A stretch of 64,000 nt of DNA from Candidatus Latescibacterota bacterium. GTDB lineage: Bacteria; Latescibacterota; UBA2968; UBA8231. Under the pieces are notes generated by a model, which made no database searches, had not been told where the DNA came from, and saw only the letters and a program-made list of their open reading frames with translations. Positions 9,239 to 19,609 of the stretch are shown here, piece after piece. The DNA is taken from the NCBI GenBank assembly GCA_965223905.1, contig CBDCXV010000010.1, forward strand, positions 1,984,001-2,048,000. Direction: 5' to 3'. The translations under genes and the position numbers were made by a program. Each line of letters begins with the position of its first letter. Position 1 is the stretch's first letter.

Positions 9239-11164
9239 TCAGTAGGCTACTGAAACGACGCCGCTGCTGATCTCCCTCCCTGACTGCACGTCCACCACCA
9301 GCCGGTACAGATACAGCCCCGGCGGCACCAGCCCGTTCGAGTCGTCCCGGCCATCCCACACGTGGCTGTACTCACCCACCGGATTCTCCCCCTCATACAC
9401 CCGCCTCACCAGCCGGCCCGACAGATCGTAGATCTCGAGCGACACCGGCACCGCTGACGTCACCCGCAGGAGCTTGTACGAGATGTCAACCACATCATTC
9501 ACCCCATCGCCGTTCGGCGTGAACGGATTCGGCGAGATCCGAGGCGAAAACACCAGCGATTCGCTCAGAGCCGTTCTCACCGACAAACGATCGCCTTCGA
9601 TCTCATCGGCAGCATTGCCCGGCACGACCCGCTGCCGCACCTCGTGCGGCCTTTCCGTGTCGAACACTCTGCCTGCAAACTGGTTGCCCACTTCTCTCAG
9701 TACCGGAGCGGTGAACACCACCTCCACCAGCGCACCGCTGTCAGTCGGCTTCAGCCGGCGCGGGAGCAGAACCTCAAACCCAAGACCGTCTTCGTGGATA
9801 GTCCACGAGAAATCGTCGTGATCGACCGCGTCTATGCGCAGCGAATCGACCGACACCACCCCTGACGGCGTCGAGATCTCCACCCCGTCAAAGCTGATGT
9901 CGGTGGAGTGGATCGTCGGACTGATGTAATAGGTGAAATGCGTCGGCTCGCCCACCGCAGTCTCTATCGGGTAAATCTCCCCTACCAGTTCGCGAACCAG
10001 CGGCGGTACAGACGCTTTGACTTCTATGAAGTCGATCTTGCCCCCGTCTTCGATAGTCGATGAAAAATCCGTTCTGATCTGGAAGTATTTCCGCGGCCCT
10101 GGGGATACGAAGGCAACCCCGGGATGCTCGAACGCATACGGGGACGACCAGAAACTCCAGTTCTCCGTATCCGAACTGACCCAGTCCGCCTCGTCTCGCG
10201 GCTTGAAAAGCTTAGTGAGTTTTTCGTACTGGCGCTTGTACTCCGTCAGGCTCAGGTCGCCGCCGCCCTGCAGAAACTTGATGCTGTCCTGCTGCTCGGG
10301 GCGGGCTTCCCAGAAAATGACCGGCTGCGGGTCATTGCCCGCCCGGGTGCGGATAGCGACCCGGGCATGGGGATCCTGCCGCCCCGACCAGCGAATCTCG
10401 CCCAGACTGGCGGTGTCGTCTAGCGCGATCACATCCGATTCGTACGACGCCGGGCTCACAAATCCTCCGCCGAAAATCTCGATATCGGCGATCCCAATCT
10501 CCTTTTGCGTAGTGCGAAAAATCCCCAAGCGCATAGACCTGACTGTTGCCGGGTGTAGCAGAGTGACGTTGACGTCGGGATCCGTGTTTTCCCTTACCTC
10601 GACTAGTCGCGTGAAATTCGGGATCCGGTCCGGAACTCTCGTCCGTTCTCCGCTGACTTCAATCTTGAAATGGGTCACGAAATGCTCTGGTCTGTCTGCC
10701 AGAGGTCGGAACGCCACTTCCCTGATCGAGAAGCGCCCACCCAGATCGAGGTAAACCCAGTTGAGCCTAGTGAACTTGTTGAAGACCTCTGGTGCGATGG
10801 CTGGCCAAGTGTAAGCCGTTCGCGGATCCTGATCGATCAGCGAGTGCACCCGGTCATCCGAGACAATAGCTGTTCCGGTTGCTGCCAGGAAGCCATCTCT
10901 GGAAAAGAGCGTCGCAGCGATGTTTTCGTCCTCGTCGAAGAAGTTGGGCTGCAGAGAACCCGCCTGTAACGAGTCTGGCTCGAGGGCCTCCTCGAACTGC
11001 GAGGCCGACCACGCGATGTCCCGGAAGTCGATACTGAGCCCCTCCAGACTGTCCTTCTCCGCTGCGGTAAAAGGCGCGCCGATGCGGTAGACGATCACGC
11101 CCGAAGCGTCGCGCGCATTGAGAGCGAGGGCAATTAAGATGAGCAGGAACATTCCTGTCGTCAT
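9239..11164 (-). CDS. Secreted FlgD Ig-like domain protein (same broad family)
   Basis: Signal peptide MTTGMFLLILIALALNARDASG; shared IRTRAG...WSFWSSPY...SPGPRKYFQ block; C-terminus SPNPFTPNGDGVND...IYDLSGRLV...WDGRDDSNGLVPPGLYLY. Confidence 0.82.
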   Translation of the reverse strand: MTTGMFLLILIALALNARDASGVIVYRIGAPFTAAEKDSLEGLSIDFRDIAWSASQFEEALEPDSLQAGSLQPNFFDEDENIAATLFSRDGFLAATGTAIVSDDRVHSLIDQDPRTAYTWPAIAPEVFNKFTRLNWVYLDLGGRFSIREVAFRPLADRPEHFVTHFKIEVSGERTRVPDRIPNFTRLVEVRENTDPDVNVTLLHPATVRSMRLGIFRTTQKEIGIADIEIFGGGFVSPASYESDVIALDDTASLGEIRWSGRQDPHARVAIRTRAGNDPQPVIFWEARPEQQDSIKFLQGGGDLSLTEYKRQYEKLTKLFKPRDEADWVSSDTENWSFWSSPYAFEHPGVAFVSPGPRKYFQIRTDFSSTIEDGGKIDFIEVKASVPPLVRELVGEIYPIETAVGEPTHFTYYISPTIHSTDISFDGVEISTPSGVVSVDSLRIDAVDHDDFSWTIHEDGLGFEVLLPRRLKPTDSGALVEVVFTAPVLREVGNQFAGRVFDTERPHEVRQRVVPGNAADEIEGDRLSVRTALSESLVFSPRISPNPFTPNGDGVNDVVDISYKLLRVTSAVPVSLEIYDLSGRLVRRVYEGENPVGEYSHVWDGRDDSNGLVPPGLYLYRLVVDVQSGREISSGVVSVAY

Positions 11165-11343
11165 CTGGCAGCTCCCGTCGGATTGTGAATGTCCAGGCTC
11201 GGCTGGCTGCGCGAGAATAGTCGATGTTGCCAAACGCACTATGATCAATGATCATATGCAACTGTCGGGGGAGGAACAAGATACAGGCGGGATGCGGTGC
11301 GATTAGCGTGGCAGGCTGTGGAGCGAGTTGTCGGACGTTCGCC

Positions 11344-12549
11344 TCATCCCGTTGGCGGCCACGGCTCAAGACATGCACCGGACGGTCGCGAACCTGTCGG
11401 CCTCCAGCGCAGCTCGTCGTACGACTCGTACGCCACGTCGAGCCAATCGGTCTCGAGCCGACGGTGATTCTCGTAGCGCGACGTCAACGCCGCTTCCAGC
11501 ATTCCGCTCGTCAGCAGCGTCCGTTCCACCGGGTAGGTCGGCTGACCGGTGACGAACATCTCTTCGATGTTCAGGCTGAGATAGCTGAAGTGGGCGTGCG
11601 GCGAGCCGCCGCCGCCGTGACTCTGACAATGAAACTCCGCCGCTTCGAGGATGCCGTCCTTGTGTCGCGCAGCGTACGCGAGAGAGGTGACGTATCCGTT
11701 CAACATGAGTACAGAGCCTTTGAGTCCGTTGCGATACTCGACCGAGAACAGTGCCGGCATCTCACAATGATCCTCCATTCTGCCGTCCGGCTTCTCGTCG
11801 ATGGTATCGCAGGCCGCCTCGGCGAGTTCGCGCGACCACACTCCCGCCGCCGCCGCCTTCCACACCGCGTCGCCCTCGAGAAAGGTCACCGCGGCCACGC
11901 CGGTCTCGCCACCGCGCCGGCGCTCGACCATGCACTGCAACACCTCGAGGGTGTGAAACCCGTAGATGTCGAGCCCGGAAAAACCGACCGCCAGTGCCTC
12001 CTGCAGCTCCACGCCCTTTTCGTGCTCCAGCCACGGACTGCGCCACGCCACCGGCAGCGACGAGCCGGCCATGAACGGCGCTCCGAGCGCCCTGGCGCGA
12101 TCGCACATCCACTGGCAGTCGTGCCAGTTGTAGGAGAGGTGTTTGTCGTTGAAGACGGGAACGGCGCGACCGCTCGTCGCCATGACCCCGCAGATCTGCT
12201 CCATGAAGTACTTGCGCGGAAACAGATGCTGCTCTTTCTCGTTCCAGGCGTAGTCACCGTGCTCGCCGATCAGCAACACCCCATCGACAGCCAGGGAATC
12301 GCCACCCAGCGTCAAAGCGGCGCGAATGCTTGGGAAGATCGGCACGCCGTGCTCGGCGGAGATCTGGCTGCCGATGTCGCGGTCTGAAAGCTGGTCGATA
12401 TACATCGAGGCCACGTCCACCCTCGGCGCGAGCAGCCCCTCGTCGGTCGGAAAGCCCTTGAGGAACTTGGTGACGATGACATCGGCGTGCGAGTTGGGGA
12501 AGTATTCCGTTATGATTGCCGTGATTTTCTTCCTGTCGTTCATAGACAC
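11344..12549 (-). CDS. Conserved hypothetical protein, possibly Gfo/Idh/MocA-like oxidoreductase fold
   Basis: 401-aa ORF with SHADVI, DGVLLIGEHGDY, FNDKHLS, FMAGSSLP, YGFHTLE motifs typical of a widespread Planctomycete-type family. Confidence 0.6.
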   Translation of the reverse strand: MSMNDRKKITAIITEYFPNSHADVIVTKFLKGFPTDEGLLAPRVDVASMYIDQLSDRDIGSQISAEHGVPIFPSIRAALTLGGDSLAVDGVLLIGEHGDYAWNEKEQHLFPRKYFMEQICGVMATSGRAVPVFNDKHLSYNWHDCQWMCDRARALGAPFMAGSSLPVAWRSPWLEHEKGVELQEALAVGFSGLDIYGFHTLEVLQCMVERRRGGETGVAAVTFLEGDAVWKAAAAGVWSRELAEAACDTIDEKPDGRMEDHCEMPALFSVEYRNGLKGSVLMLNGYVTSLAYAARHKDGILEAAEFHCQSHGGGGSPHAHFSYLSLNIEEMFVTGQPTYPVERTLLTSGMLEAALTSRYENHRRLETDWLDVAYESYDELRWRPTGSRPSGACLEPWPPTG

Positions 12550-12657
12550 TGGTAGTAGTCACGATACTCCTGGGCTGCGGCAATGGGAAGGTACGCCATA
12601 TCCGCGCTGTAGTCTCTGGCCGCCCACAAACGATGGATATCATCAACCTCTCCGACC

Positions 12658-12686
12658 TTGTCTATACGCAAGAGTCTTCTTATAAG
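12658..12686 (+). promoter_or_regulatory. Putative sigma70 promoter for the 12775 gene
   Basis: TTGTCT-N17-TATAAG about 90 nt upstream of the ATG in an AT-rich intergenic stretch. Confidence 0.5.
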
Positions 12687-12774
12687 GTCCCATTGTTTGT
12701 TTTGCTCGAATCAAAATACTGTAGCCTGGAGAGTGTTGAGGAAGAAGCATTCATCTGGTAGCGAGGGACAAGGG

Positions 12775-15504
12775 ATGAAAAGGACATTGGCAGCAGTAGC
12801 GTTGTTGATGGCCGGACTGGCATGCGCACAGGACACCGCGGACCCTCCTGGCGCAAACATCGCCTTCGGGGCGAGCTACACGCTGGAGCCGGGGCCGAAT
12901 TACGGGCTGAGCACGGACGCCGCTGATTACGAGCAACTGACGGATGGGGTACAACTCGAAACGCAGGAGAGTCTCTGGGGACAGCTGTCGACTGTGGGCT
13001 GGCAGGATAAGAGTCCCGTGATCGTGACGTTGGACCTGGGTACGGTGATGCCCATACGGGGTGTTTCGTTCCATACGGCGGGAGGGAGGGCGGGCGTGAG
13101 GTGGCCGCAGGCGATCCGCATCCTCACGGCGGATGAAGACGGGCAGTTCCATGAGATCGGGGATTTGGTGGAATTGAGCGCGGAACACGGCTCGCCCGTA
13201 ACGACGGGGTATGTGACGCATCGGTACTGGACGGGCCAGTTGCGGACGCACGGCCGCTTTGTCGGTCTGGTGGTGTGGAACGAGCCGTTCACGTTCGTGG
13301 ACGAGATCGAGGTCTACCTGGGAGAGCCGGAGTGGATGGATGAGCCGCTACCGGGGCCGGCCATCGGGGACTTGAAGGCGTATGCGGGCGGGATCGCCAT
13401 CCAGGACGGGATTCAGATGCGCCTCATGCGAGACATCGAGGCCCTGAGAGTAACGGCGGAAGAAGAGGGTGTCCCGGTGCAGACGCGGGGCGATGTGCTG
13501 GCCGAATTGTCGGCCGTCGAAGCGGATCTGGGGCTGGCCACGGCGTTCGAGGACGGCTTTCGGGCGGTTCTGCCGCTGAATGCGTGGCACGAACGGGTGT
13601 TGCGCACGCAGGCGTGGCTCTGGCGCGCCAAGGGTCTGGAGCCGCTCACGTTCTGGCGCTCGAATCTGTGGGATCCGCTTCCCCTCATCAGCACGCCGGA
13701 TACGGCGGGAGAACTGGCCGTCGAGGTGCACCTGATGCGGAAGGAACACCGGGCGGCGGCGTTCAACGTGAGCAACAGCAGTGACGAGCCGATGCAGGTG
13801 ACGCTCCGTTTGAGCGGCCTGCCTGGGGGCGACAATCCACAGTATGTGACCGTCCACGAGGTGGCCTGGACGGACACGCGGCGCGGGGTACCGGTGGCGG
13901 CGGCCCTGCCAGAGGTAGTTGCTGAGAACGATCTGTATACGGTGAGCGTGCCCTCGGGCATGACGCGGCAGGTGTGGCTGACGTTCCATCCGGTGGACGT
14001 CGAACCGGGTACGCATGAGGGCGAGGTCATCGTGGAGAGTGTCCCCGGGGGCAAGCGGTTTCCGCTGGTCATGCACCTGTATCCCCTGGATTTCCCGGAG
14101 AAGCAGTCGCTACACCTGGGCGGGTGGGACTATACGGACCGGATCGGTCATTTCCCCTTCATAACAGAGCAGAACCGCTTGGCGCTCATCGAGCACCTGC
14201 GCGAACATCGCGTCGACTCCCCATGGGGCCTCAAGCTGGCGCTACCGAGGGGCACGCACGATGCGACGGGGGCGATGACGGCGCCACCCGACACCGACTA
14301 CTTCGATGCGTGGATCGAGTTGTGGCCGGATGCCGCCCAGTACCTCGTGTTCGCGAAAGTGGGCGATCAGTTCGAGTCGTGGCCCATGGGCACGCCGGAA
14401 TTCACGACGGCGGTGAAGGACTGGGTCCAGTTCTGGGCGGAGCATGCGGTGACCAGGGGCGTGCGGCCGGAGCAGCTGGCGCTGCTGCTGGTGGATGAGC
14501 CTGACGAGCCCTGGATGGATGAGCGCATTCTGGCGTGGGCGAAGGCCATCCGGGAAGCGAATACTGGGGTCCGCATCTGGGAGGATGTGAACCACGAGGA
14601 CATGAACGAGGCGAATCAGGAGATGATTGACGCGTGCCACGTGTTGTGCCCGAACTATCAGGCCTTCGTGAGCAAGGGCGAGGACTATCGCGACTACTTC
14701 GTCAACAAACGTGATCAGGGAATCGGCTTGGAGTTCTACACGGCGTGGACGGGTCGAGTTTATGATCCGTATGCGGGCAGGCTCATGGCGTGGACGAGCT
14801 GGCGCTACGGAGCGACAGCCTTCTACATGTGGTCGCTGACGGACACGGGCGGCGCCTCATCGTGGAACGAGTATCTCACCATCAATGATCCGTACGCGCC
14901 GTTGTTCATCGACGAGGTCTCGGTGACGGCCGGGAAACACCTCGCGGCGGCTCGGGAAGGGGTGCAGGATTACGAGTATTTCGTGATGTTGGATCGGGCG
15001 ATCCGGGAGGCGTCTGCGCAGGGGATGACGGGTCCGGAGGTGGAGGAGGCGCGTCGGTTGCTGGAGAGCCTGCCGGCGAGTGTCTTGGAGTCGGCGGGCC
15101 AGGGGACCAACTGGCTGAGTGAGCGCGACCGCACGCTGGCGGACGAGGCCCGGATTAGAGTGCTGTCGGAGTTGATGGCGTTGGCGGCGATGACCGCTGT
15201 GATGGAGGAGCCGGTCACGGTACCCCACGAGTTCAGGCTGGAGCAGAGCTATCCCAATCCTTTCAACCCCAACACCACGATTGAGTTTTCAGTTCCCACG
15301 CGGGGTGATGTTGAGCTCGCGATCTACAATCTCGCTGGTCAGAAAACCCGGAGATTGCTGAGCACGGTACTGGATGCAGGGGATCACTCGGTCACGTGGG
15401 ACGGTCGGGACAAGCACGGACGTGAACTCGCCAGTGGCGTGTACATGTATAGGCTGCAGGCGGGGGAACTGGTGGACTCGCGCAGACTTCTGTTGCTGAA
15501 ATAG
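12775..15504 (+). CDS. Secreted glycoside-hydrolase-like protein, paralogue 1 (discoidin/CBM32-like + GH123/DUF4091-like + C-terminal FlgD/sorting domain)
   Basis: Signal peptide MKRTLAAVALLMAGLACA; QLTDG...VTLDLG...FVDEIEVY discoidin-like domain; LLVDEP; AAREGVQDYEYF (DUF4091-like); tail QSYPNPFNPNTTIEF...IYNLAGQ...WDGRDKHGRELASGVYMYRL. Confidence 0.8.
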   Translation: MKRTLAAVALLMAGLACAQDTADPPGANIAFGASYTLEPGPNYGLSTDAADYEQLTDGVQLETQESLWGQLSTVGWQDKSPVIVTLDLGTVMPIRGVSFHTAGGRAGVRWPQAIRILTADEDGQFHEIGDLVELSAEHGSPVTTGYVTHRYWTGQLRTHGRFVGLVVWNEPFTFVDEIEVYLGEPEWMDEPLPGPAIGDLKAYAGGIAIQDGIQMRLMRDIEALRVTAEEEGVPVQTRGDVLAELSAVEADLGLATAFEDGFRAVLPLNAWHERVLRTQAWLWRAKGLEPLTFWRSNLWDPLPLISTPDTAGELAVEVHLMRKEHRAAAFNVSNSSDEPMQVTLRLSGLPGGDNPQYVTVHEVAWTDTRRGVPVAAALPEVVAENDLYTVSVPSGMTRQVWLTFHPVDVEPGTHEGEVIVESVPGGKRFPLVMHLYPLDFPEKQSLHLGGWDYTDRIGHFPFITEQNRLALIEHLREHRVDSPWGLKLALPRGTHDATGAMTAPPDTDYFDAWIELWPDAAQYLVFAKVGDQFESWPMGTPEFTTAVKDWVQFWAEHAVTRGVRPEQLALLLVDEPDEPWMDERILAWAKAIREANTGVRIWEDVNHEDMNEANQEMIDACHVLCPNYQAFVSKGEDYRDYFVNKRDQGIGLEFYTAWTGRVYDPYAGRLMAWTSWRYGATAFYMWSLTDTGGASSWNEYLTINDPYAPLFIDEVSVTAGKHLAAAREGVQDYEYFVMLDRAIREASAQGMTGPEVEEARRLLESLPASVLESAGQGTNWLSERDRTLADEARIRVLSELMALAAMTAVMEEPVTVPHEFRLEQSYPNPFNPNTTIEFSVPTRGDVELAIYNLAGQKTRRLLSTVLDAGDHSVTWDGRDKHGRELASGVYMYRLQAGELVDSRRLLLLK

Positions 15505-15581
15505 TACTGCGGCCGCGAAGCCAAGCAGTCTGTTGCGACGAAGGTCGTCTGTCGTGGAATCGCCGCCGTCGCGCCCATTCA

Positions 15582-17117
15582 TCAGCTGGCCTCCACAAAC
15601 TGGAACGCGTAGAGCTTCGCCGAACGCATCTTGATCTTCAACCTGACAGGCCGGCCACTCATCGAGCCGACGTCGGGGCCTCCCCGCCACCAGACCTCCT
15701 GCGCGACACCGTTCCGGTCGACCGACACGGCGTCCTCGAACGTGTAGCCGGGCAACGGTTTGCCGCTTTCGTCCTGGAGCTCGACCCACGCTTCGCCCAT
15801 GGCGCTGCAGTCGATGTTCAGCAGCAGACCGTTCCCCGCGAACTCGATCGGTGGCGTCGCGAACCACCCACCATTCGGCCCTGCATCGACCGAGACGAAA
15901 CCGTCCAAACGCTGTTTGGCCTGCCAGATGTACACGTCGCGGTCGTAGTAACCGTGGGTGCACGCTCCCTCGGCGTAGTATTGGTAGATGTAGTTCCCCC
16001 GCCGGACCAGCCCTACACCCATATAGACTGATCCCCCGAGCTGGGGCTCGTCCATCAGGCCAAGGCCAGCGTATGGCGTACGGAACCGCTCGAACGTGAC
16101 GCCGTCGCGGCTCACGGCGAGCTGCACCTCCAGCGGGCCGGCATTCTGTTTCTGACCGCGGTCGTCTCGCCCGTGGCTGTCTTGCCCCTCGTAATGCCGG
16201 TACAGTGTTGGAAAGGCAAAGGTGGCGTCATCGGCCCATTCATAGGAGTTGACACAGGGCGTGTAGACGTCCGTGGCCGGCGGGTCGCGCTCGTCACACT
16301 CCATGACGAAAGGGGCGCATTGCGGCGGCAACCGGTCGTAAAGCCCCACCGGGCTCCTGGGCAGCGTCGTGTCCTCATGAAAATTGAACGGCAACTGCGT
16401 GAGCGCGGGCGAGGTCAAACGAGCGACCGTGCGCCTTCTTCCCGGGACCGGCGACGCACCGCGCAGATAGGCGACGTAGGAGCCGGCGCCGGCATCGTAG
16501 AAGACCTGGTTCTGCGAGTCACAGCGAAAGGGAACGACGACTCCGTTGTGCCGGCGCCACGATAGGCCATCCTCGGAGTGGAGGAGGTACAGCCCGGCGT
16601 GAACTGGCCGGCTGCCGTCGGGGGCGTCGTAGCCGCCGAAGTACGTGTCCTCGGCCTCCTCCCAGACTGGCTGCTCGGTGCGCTCGCCCAGCGTGCCAAC
16701 GAACCAAAACCTAGAACCGCATGTCTCATTAGAATCGAGGAACGGCGTGCCGACCGCACCGGGCATGACCACGTTGTTGTGAGCCAGCCCCGCCACCTCG
16801 AACTGGTCCACAGGCGCCAGCTCCCAGTTGATGCCGTCGTCCGACCAGGCTAGGGAGCACATGCTATTCCGATGATCAGGCTCACTCGTCTCCCTCGGCC
16901 TCATGTGGTAATACATCCAGAGACGACCATCGACATCGAGTACTGTCAGGTAGTGGTTGCTTGGTTGCAAACCGGAGAGGGACGTCAGATTGACAGGTGT
17001 GCGCTGCAAGGGGGGATTGACCGTGAACTGCAGGCCTGTGGACGATTCGACGAAGCGACGGTCAAACAGGAGCTGCTTGCGTGTCCCGATATCCCATACC
17101 TGAGTGGTGTCTGTCAT
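15582..17117 (-). CDS. Putative five-bladed beta-propeller glycosidase-like protein (GH32/43/130-like)
   Basis: RKQLLFD, WSDDGINW, CDSQNQVFYD, QLAVSRDG, RLDGFVS motifs; close paralogue at 47823-49358. Confidence 0.65.
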   Translation of the reverse strand: MTDTTQVWDIGTRKQLLFDRRFVESSTGLQFTVNPPLQRTPVNLTSLSGLQPSNHYLTVLDVDGRLWMYYHMRPRETSEPDHRNSMCSLAWSDDGINWELAPVDQFEVAGLAHNNVVMPGAVGTPFLDSNETCGSRFWFVGTLGERTEQPVWEEAEDTYFGGYDAPDGSRPVHAGLYLLHSEDGLSWRRHNGVVVPFRCDSQNQVFYDAGAGSYVAYLRGASPVPGRRRTVARLTSPALTQLPFNFHEDTTLPRSPVGLYDRLPPQCAPFVMECDERDPPATDVYTPCVNSYEWADDATFAFPTLYRHYEGQDSHGRDDRGQKQNAGPLEVQLAVSRDGVTFERFRTPYAGLGLMDEPQLGGSVYMGVGLVRRGNYIYQYYAEGACTHGYYDRDVYIWQAKQRLDGFVSVDAGPNGGWFATPPIEFAGNGLLLNIDCSAMGEAWVELQDESGKPLPGYTFEDAVSVDRNGVAQEVWWRGGPDVGSMSGRPVRLKIKMRSAKLYAFQFVEAS

Positions 17118-17143
17118 CGTCTCTTCTTTTCTCCCCGGAGATC

Positions 17144-19597
17144 CTACTCGAACCACATCGTGCCGAATCGCTCGACGTTGTGGAACGAACCGAACGTCGG
17201 GCGCCAGGTCGAGAGCTCACGCTGCCAGCCATCCTTGCCGGCAGCCTTGTAGAAATGGTTCCTGCAGAAATTGGCGCGCCACGGGTTGTCCTTCGTGGGG
17301 TGGGCCAAATCAAGCGATGCCAGCGGAATCACCAGTTCCGCCGTCCACTCGTTCTCACCCATTGACGCCTCGTACACCACCCCACGGCAATCCCATTTCA
17401 TCATGTCCTTCGTGAACGGCGTAGTCCTGTCCGGGTGAAAGTTATCCGTGTAGATATTGTCCGGCCCGACCACGAACTGGTACTTCTTGACGCCTTCGAC
17501 AAAGAATATTTCGGCGCTATCGTCGGCCATCCAGATCGAGTCGTCCTCGCTCCCGGGCGGGAGCGTGCGCCGGGGCGGGAGCCCGCTCAGCGATGCGCGA
17601 ATCCCCACGTAGAGGTTCTCATCGTCCCGCCCGAAGCGCATCTCCGTCTGACCATGCACATCCACCCGGTTGAAGCTGTCGCAGAAGTTCCCGGCCACGG
17701 CTGCGGTGTGCCAGAACGTATCGGTGAGCTTGCCGTCGACGATCGGCTTACCGACGGTTGCCCTGACACTGATTGCGTCGTTCTCGACCTCCCTCTGCAG
17801 TGCGGCACTCAACCGCTTGCTCGCGGCTTCAAAGGGCAGGAAGCCTTCTAATGTTCGAGCGGCGCGTGCATGGTAGGGCTGTTGCCCCCGCGAAACCCGT
17901 TCTGCCTCTCTGAGATGCTCTATGGTCTTCTGCACGAATGCCTGGGGATAGACCTGACCCCAGACACTTCTGTAGTCCCAGAGTTCGGACTTGTTGTTGG
18001 GGTCCATGTACGCCGCTTCCATCGCCGAATAGAACTGCTGGACCGAAGGACCGGCCGGCCCGTAGAACTCTTCATAGAACTCGGCCAGCATAGCATCGAC
18101 GTCCTGATCCAGATTCCACATCAGCTTCATGGCGATGTAAACGTTGAGCGAGTCGAAGATCCAGTCCGCCCAGCTCCCGTGGCCTGTGATGTCGATGCCC
18201 TCGCTGTCGTACTTCGTGAACGCGAGCACGCGCCCTTTCACGCGGCCGCGCTCCAGCGCGAACCAATCCTGAATCATGTGCGGGAAGATGGTCGGCGCGC
18301 CGTACGTGCCCTTGTCGTAGCGCGGATTGTTCCAGTAATCCCAGACATAGATGTTCTCTGTCTTCTCGGACCAGTCCGTCATGCGCTCCAGATGGGACGC
18401 TCTCGCGTTCGCATCGGTCGCGAGATTCTGTGAACTGGAGCCGATGCACAGCGTTACCCCTATGTTCGACTCCAGATCGATGTTCTCTGGTATTGCCGAG
18501 TAGTCGGAGTACGAAGCGCAGGTAATGATGCGCCCCGGGTGACTCTTTCGAATCTCGCGGGCCACCTTGTTGACGAAGCTCCAGACGTAGTCGCTGTGTC
18601 GCGCGCCGCTGGGTTTGTCCGGGTCGACGGCGGCCTGGCAGTCCTCGCACCGGCACATGTACGCTCCCATGCTGTCACCGGGCATGACGGACGCGTAGAG
18701 CCGCCAGGGCTTTTCGTCGAATTCCTTCCGCTTGTCGGCGATCGTCTGCTGCAGCACGAGCGCGTCACTGAAGCAGACGTGGCCGCCCATACTGCCCTCC
18801 TGAATCAGCGTGTGTCCGGCGTCTTGCAGCGCGAACCACTCCGGATGCTGCTTGCCGAAGCGACTCGGCCAGTCGTTGAACGAGTGCATGCCGATCGGGC
18901 TGCCACCCGGCGCGCCCCAGCGCATGCGGCGCCACCAGGTCCAGATGTCGAGGTGGGTGAAATCCGCCTCGTCGTGATACGAGTTGAAGGCGAACCGCGT
19001 GTCGAAGGTCGGTGCGCCGCCCCAGCGTACTCCATCGACAGCCAGCGTCGCGTGTTCGGGCACAACCCTGCCCAGCTCGCCAGGCCAGTACCAACGCACA
19101 CCGACGACGCGTTCGAGAAACTCATAGACCGCGTACAGTGTGCCGAAGGGGAGCAGAATGTTGGACGCTGGATCCGGGTCGAATTCCGAGTCGCCGCCGC
19201 TCACCACCAGGGCCTGACCGGCGCGCGACACGACCCAGTTGTCAGGCGCCAGATAGCGAGGTGCCAGCCCCAAGCGCTCCGTCAGCTCTGTCGTACCCAC
19301 CTGGATCGTCGGTCCCGTGATCGGCTGGCCGTCCTCGGCCACGGGAAGCTCAGTGCCGGTACTGAGCTCGAGATGCTCGTTCAGCTCCTTCACTGCGTAG
19401 CGGACGGTGTGAGTGGCGTTCCTGCCGATCACGATGGTCGCGGCAGGCTCGCCGTCCCGGACCAGGACGAGGGTGCCGTTTGCCGGTTCCAGGCCGGCGA
19501 CCCGGTTGGGCTGCTGTGGGGCCTCCTTCGAGAGCAAGGCGCCCGGACGGACGGCCAGGCAGCAGACGGCGAGTGCGATAAGGCGGAAGAATCGCAT
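17144..19597 (-). CDS. Secreted DUF4838-domain protein with C-terminal CBM9-like domain
   Basis: Signal peptide; GTLYAVYEFLE...GVRWYWPG, HPEWFAL, CRCEDC, YIAMKLMWN, FYGPAG; C-terminal PIVDGKLTD...WTAELVIPLASL...WRANFCR. Confidence 0.75.
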   Translation of the reverse strand: MRFFRLIALAVCCLAVRPGALLSKEAPQQPNRVAGLEPANGTLVLVRDGEPAATIVIGRNATHTVRYAVKELNEHLELSTGTELPVAEDGQPITGPTIQVGTTELTERLGLAPRYLAPDNWVVSRAGQALVVSGGDSEFDPDPASNILLPFGTLYAVYEFLERVVGVRWYWPGELGRVVPEHATLAVDGVRWGGAPTFDTRFAFNSYHDEADFTHLDIWTWWRRMRWGAPGGSPIGMHSFNDWPSRFGKQHPEWFALQDAGHTLIQEGSMGGHVCFSDALVLQQTIADKRKEFDEKPWRLYASVMPGDSMGAYMCRCEDCQAAVDPDKPSGARHSDYVWSFVNKVAREIRKSHPGRIITCASYSDYSAIPENIDLESNIGVTLCIGSSSQNLATDANARASHLERMTDWSEKTENIYVWDYWNNPRYDKGTYGAPTIFPHMIQDWFALERGRVKGRVLAFTKYDSEGIDITGHGSWADWIFDSLNVYIAMKLMWNLDQDVDAMLAEFYEEFYGPAGPSVQQFYSAMEAAYMDPNNKSELWDYRSVWGQVYPQAFVQKTIEHLREAERVSRGQQPYHARAARTLEGFLPFEAASKRLSAALQREVENDAISVRATVGKPIVDGKLTDTFWHTAAVAGNFCDSFNRVDVHGQTEMRFGRDDENLYVGIRASLSGLPPRRTLPPGSEDDSIWMADDSAEIFFVEGVKKYQFVVGPDNIYTDNFHPDRTTPFTKDMMKWDCRGVVYEASMGENEWTAELVIPLASLDLAHPTKDNPWRANFCRNHFYKAAGKDGWQRELSTWRPTFGSFHNVERFGTMWFE

Positions 19598-19609
19598 GTG
19601 TTGGCCTCC

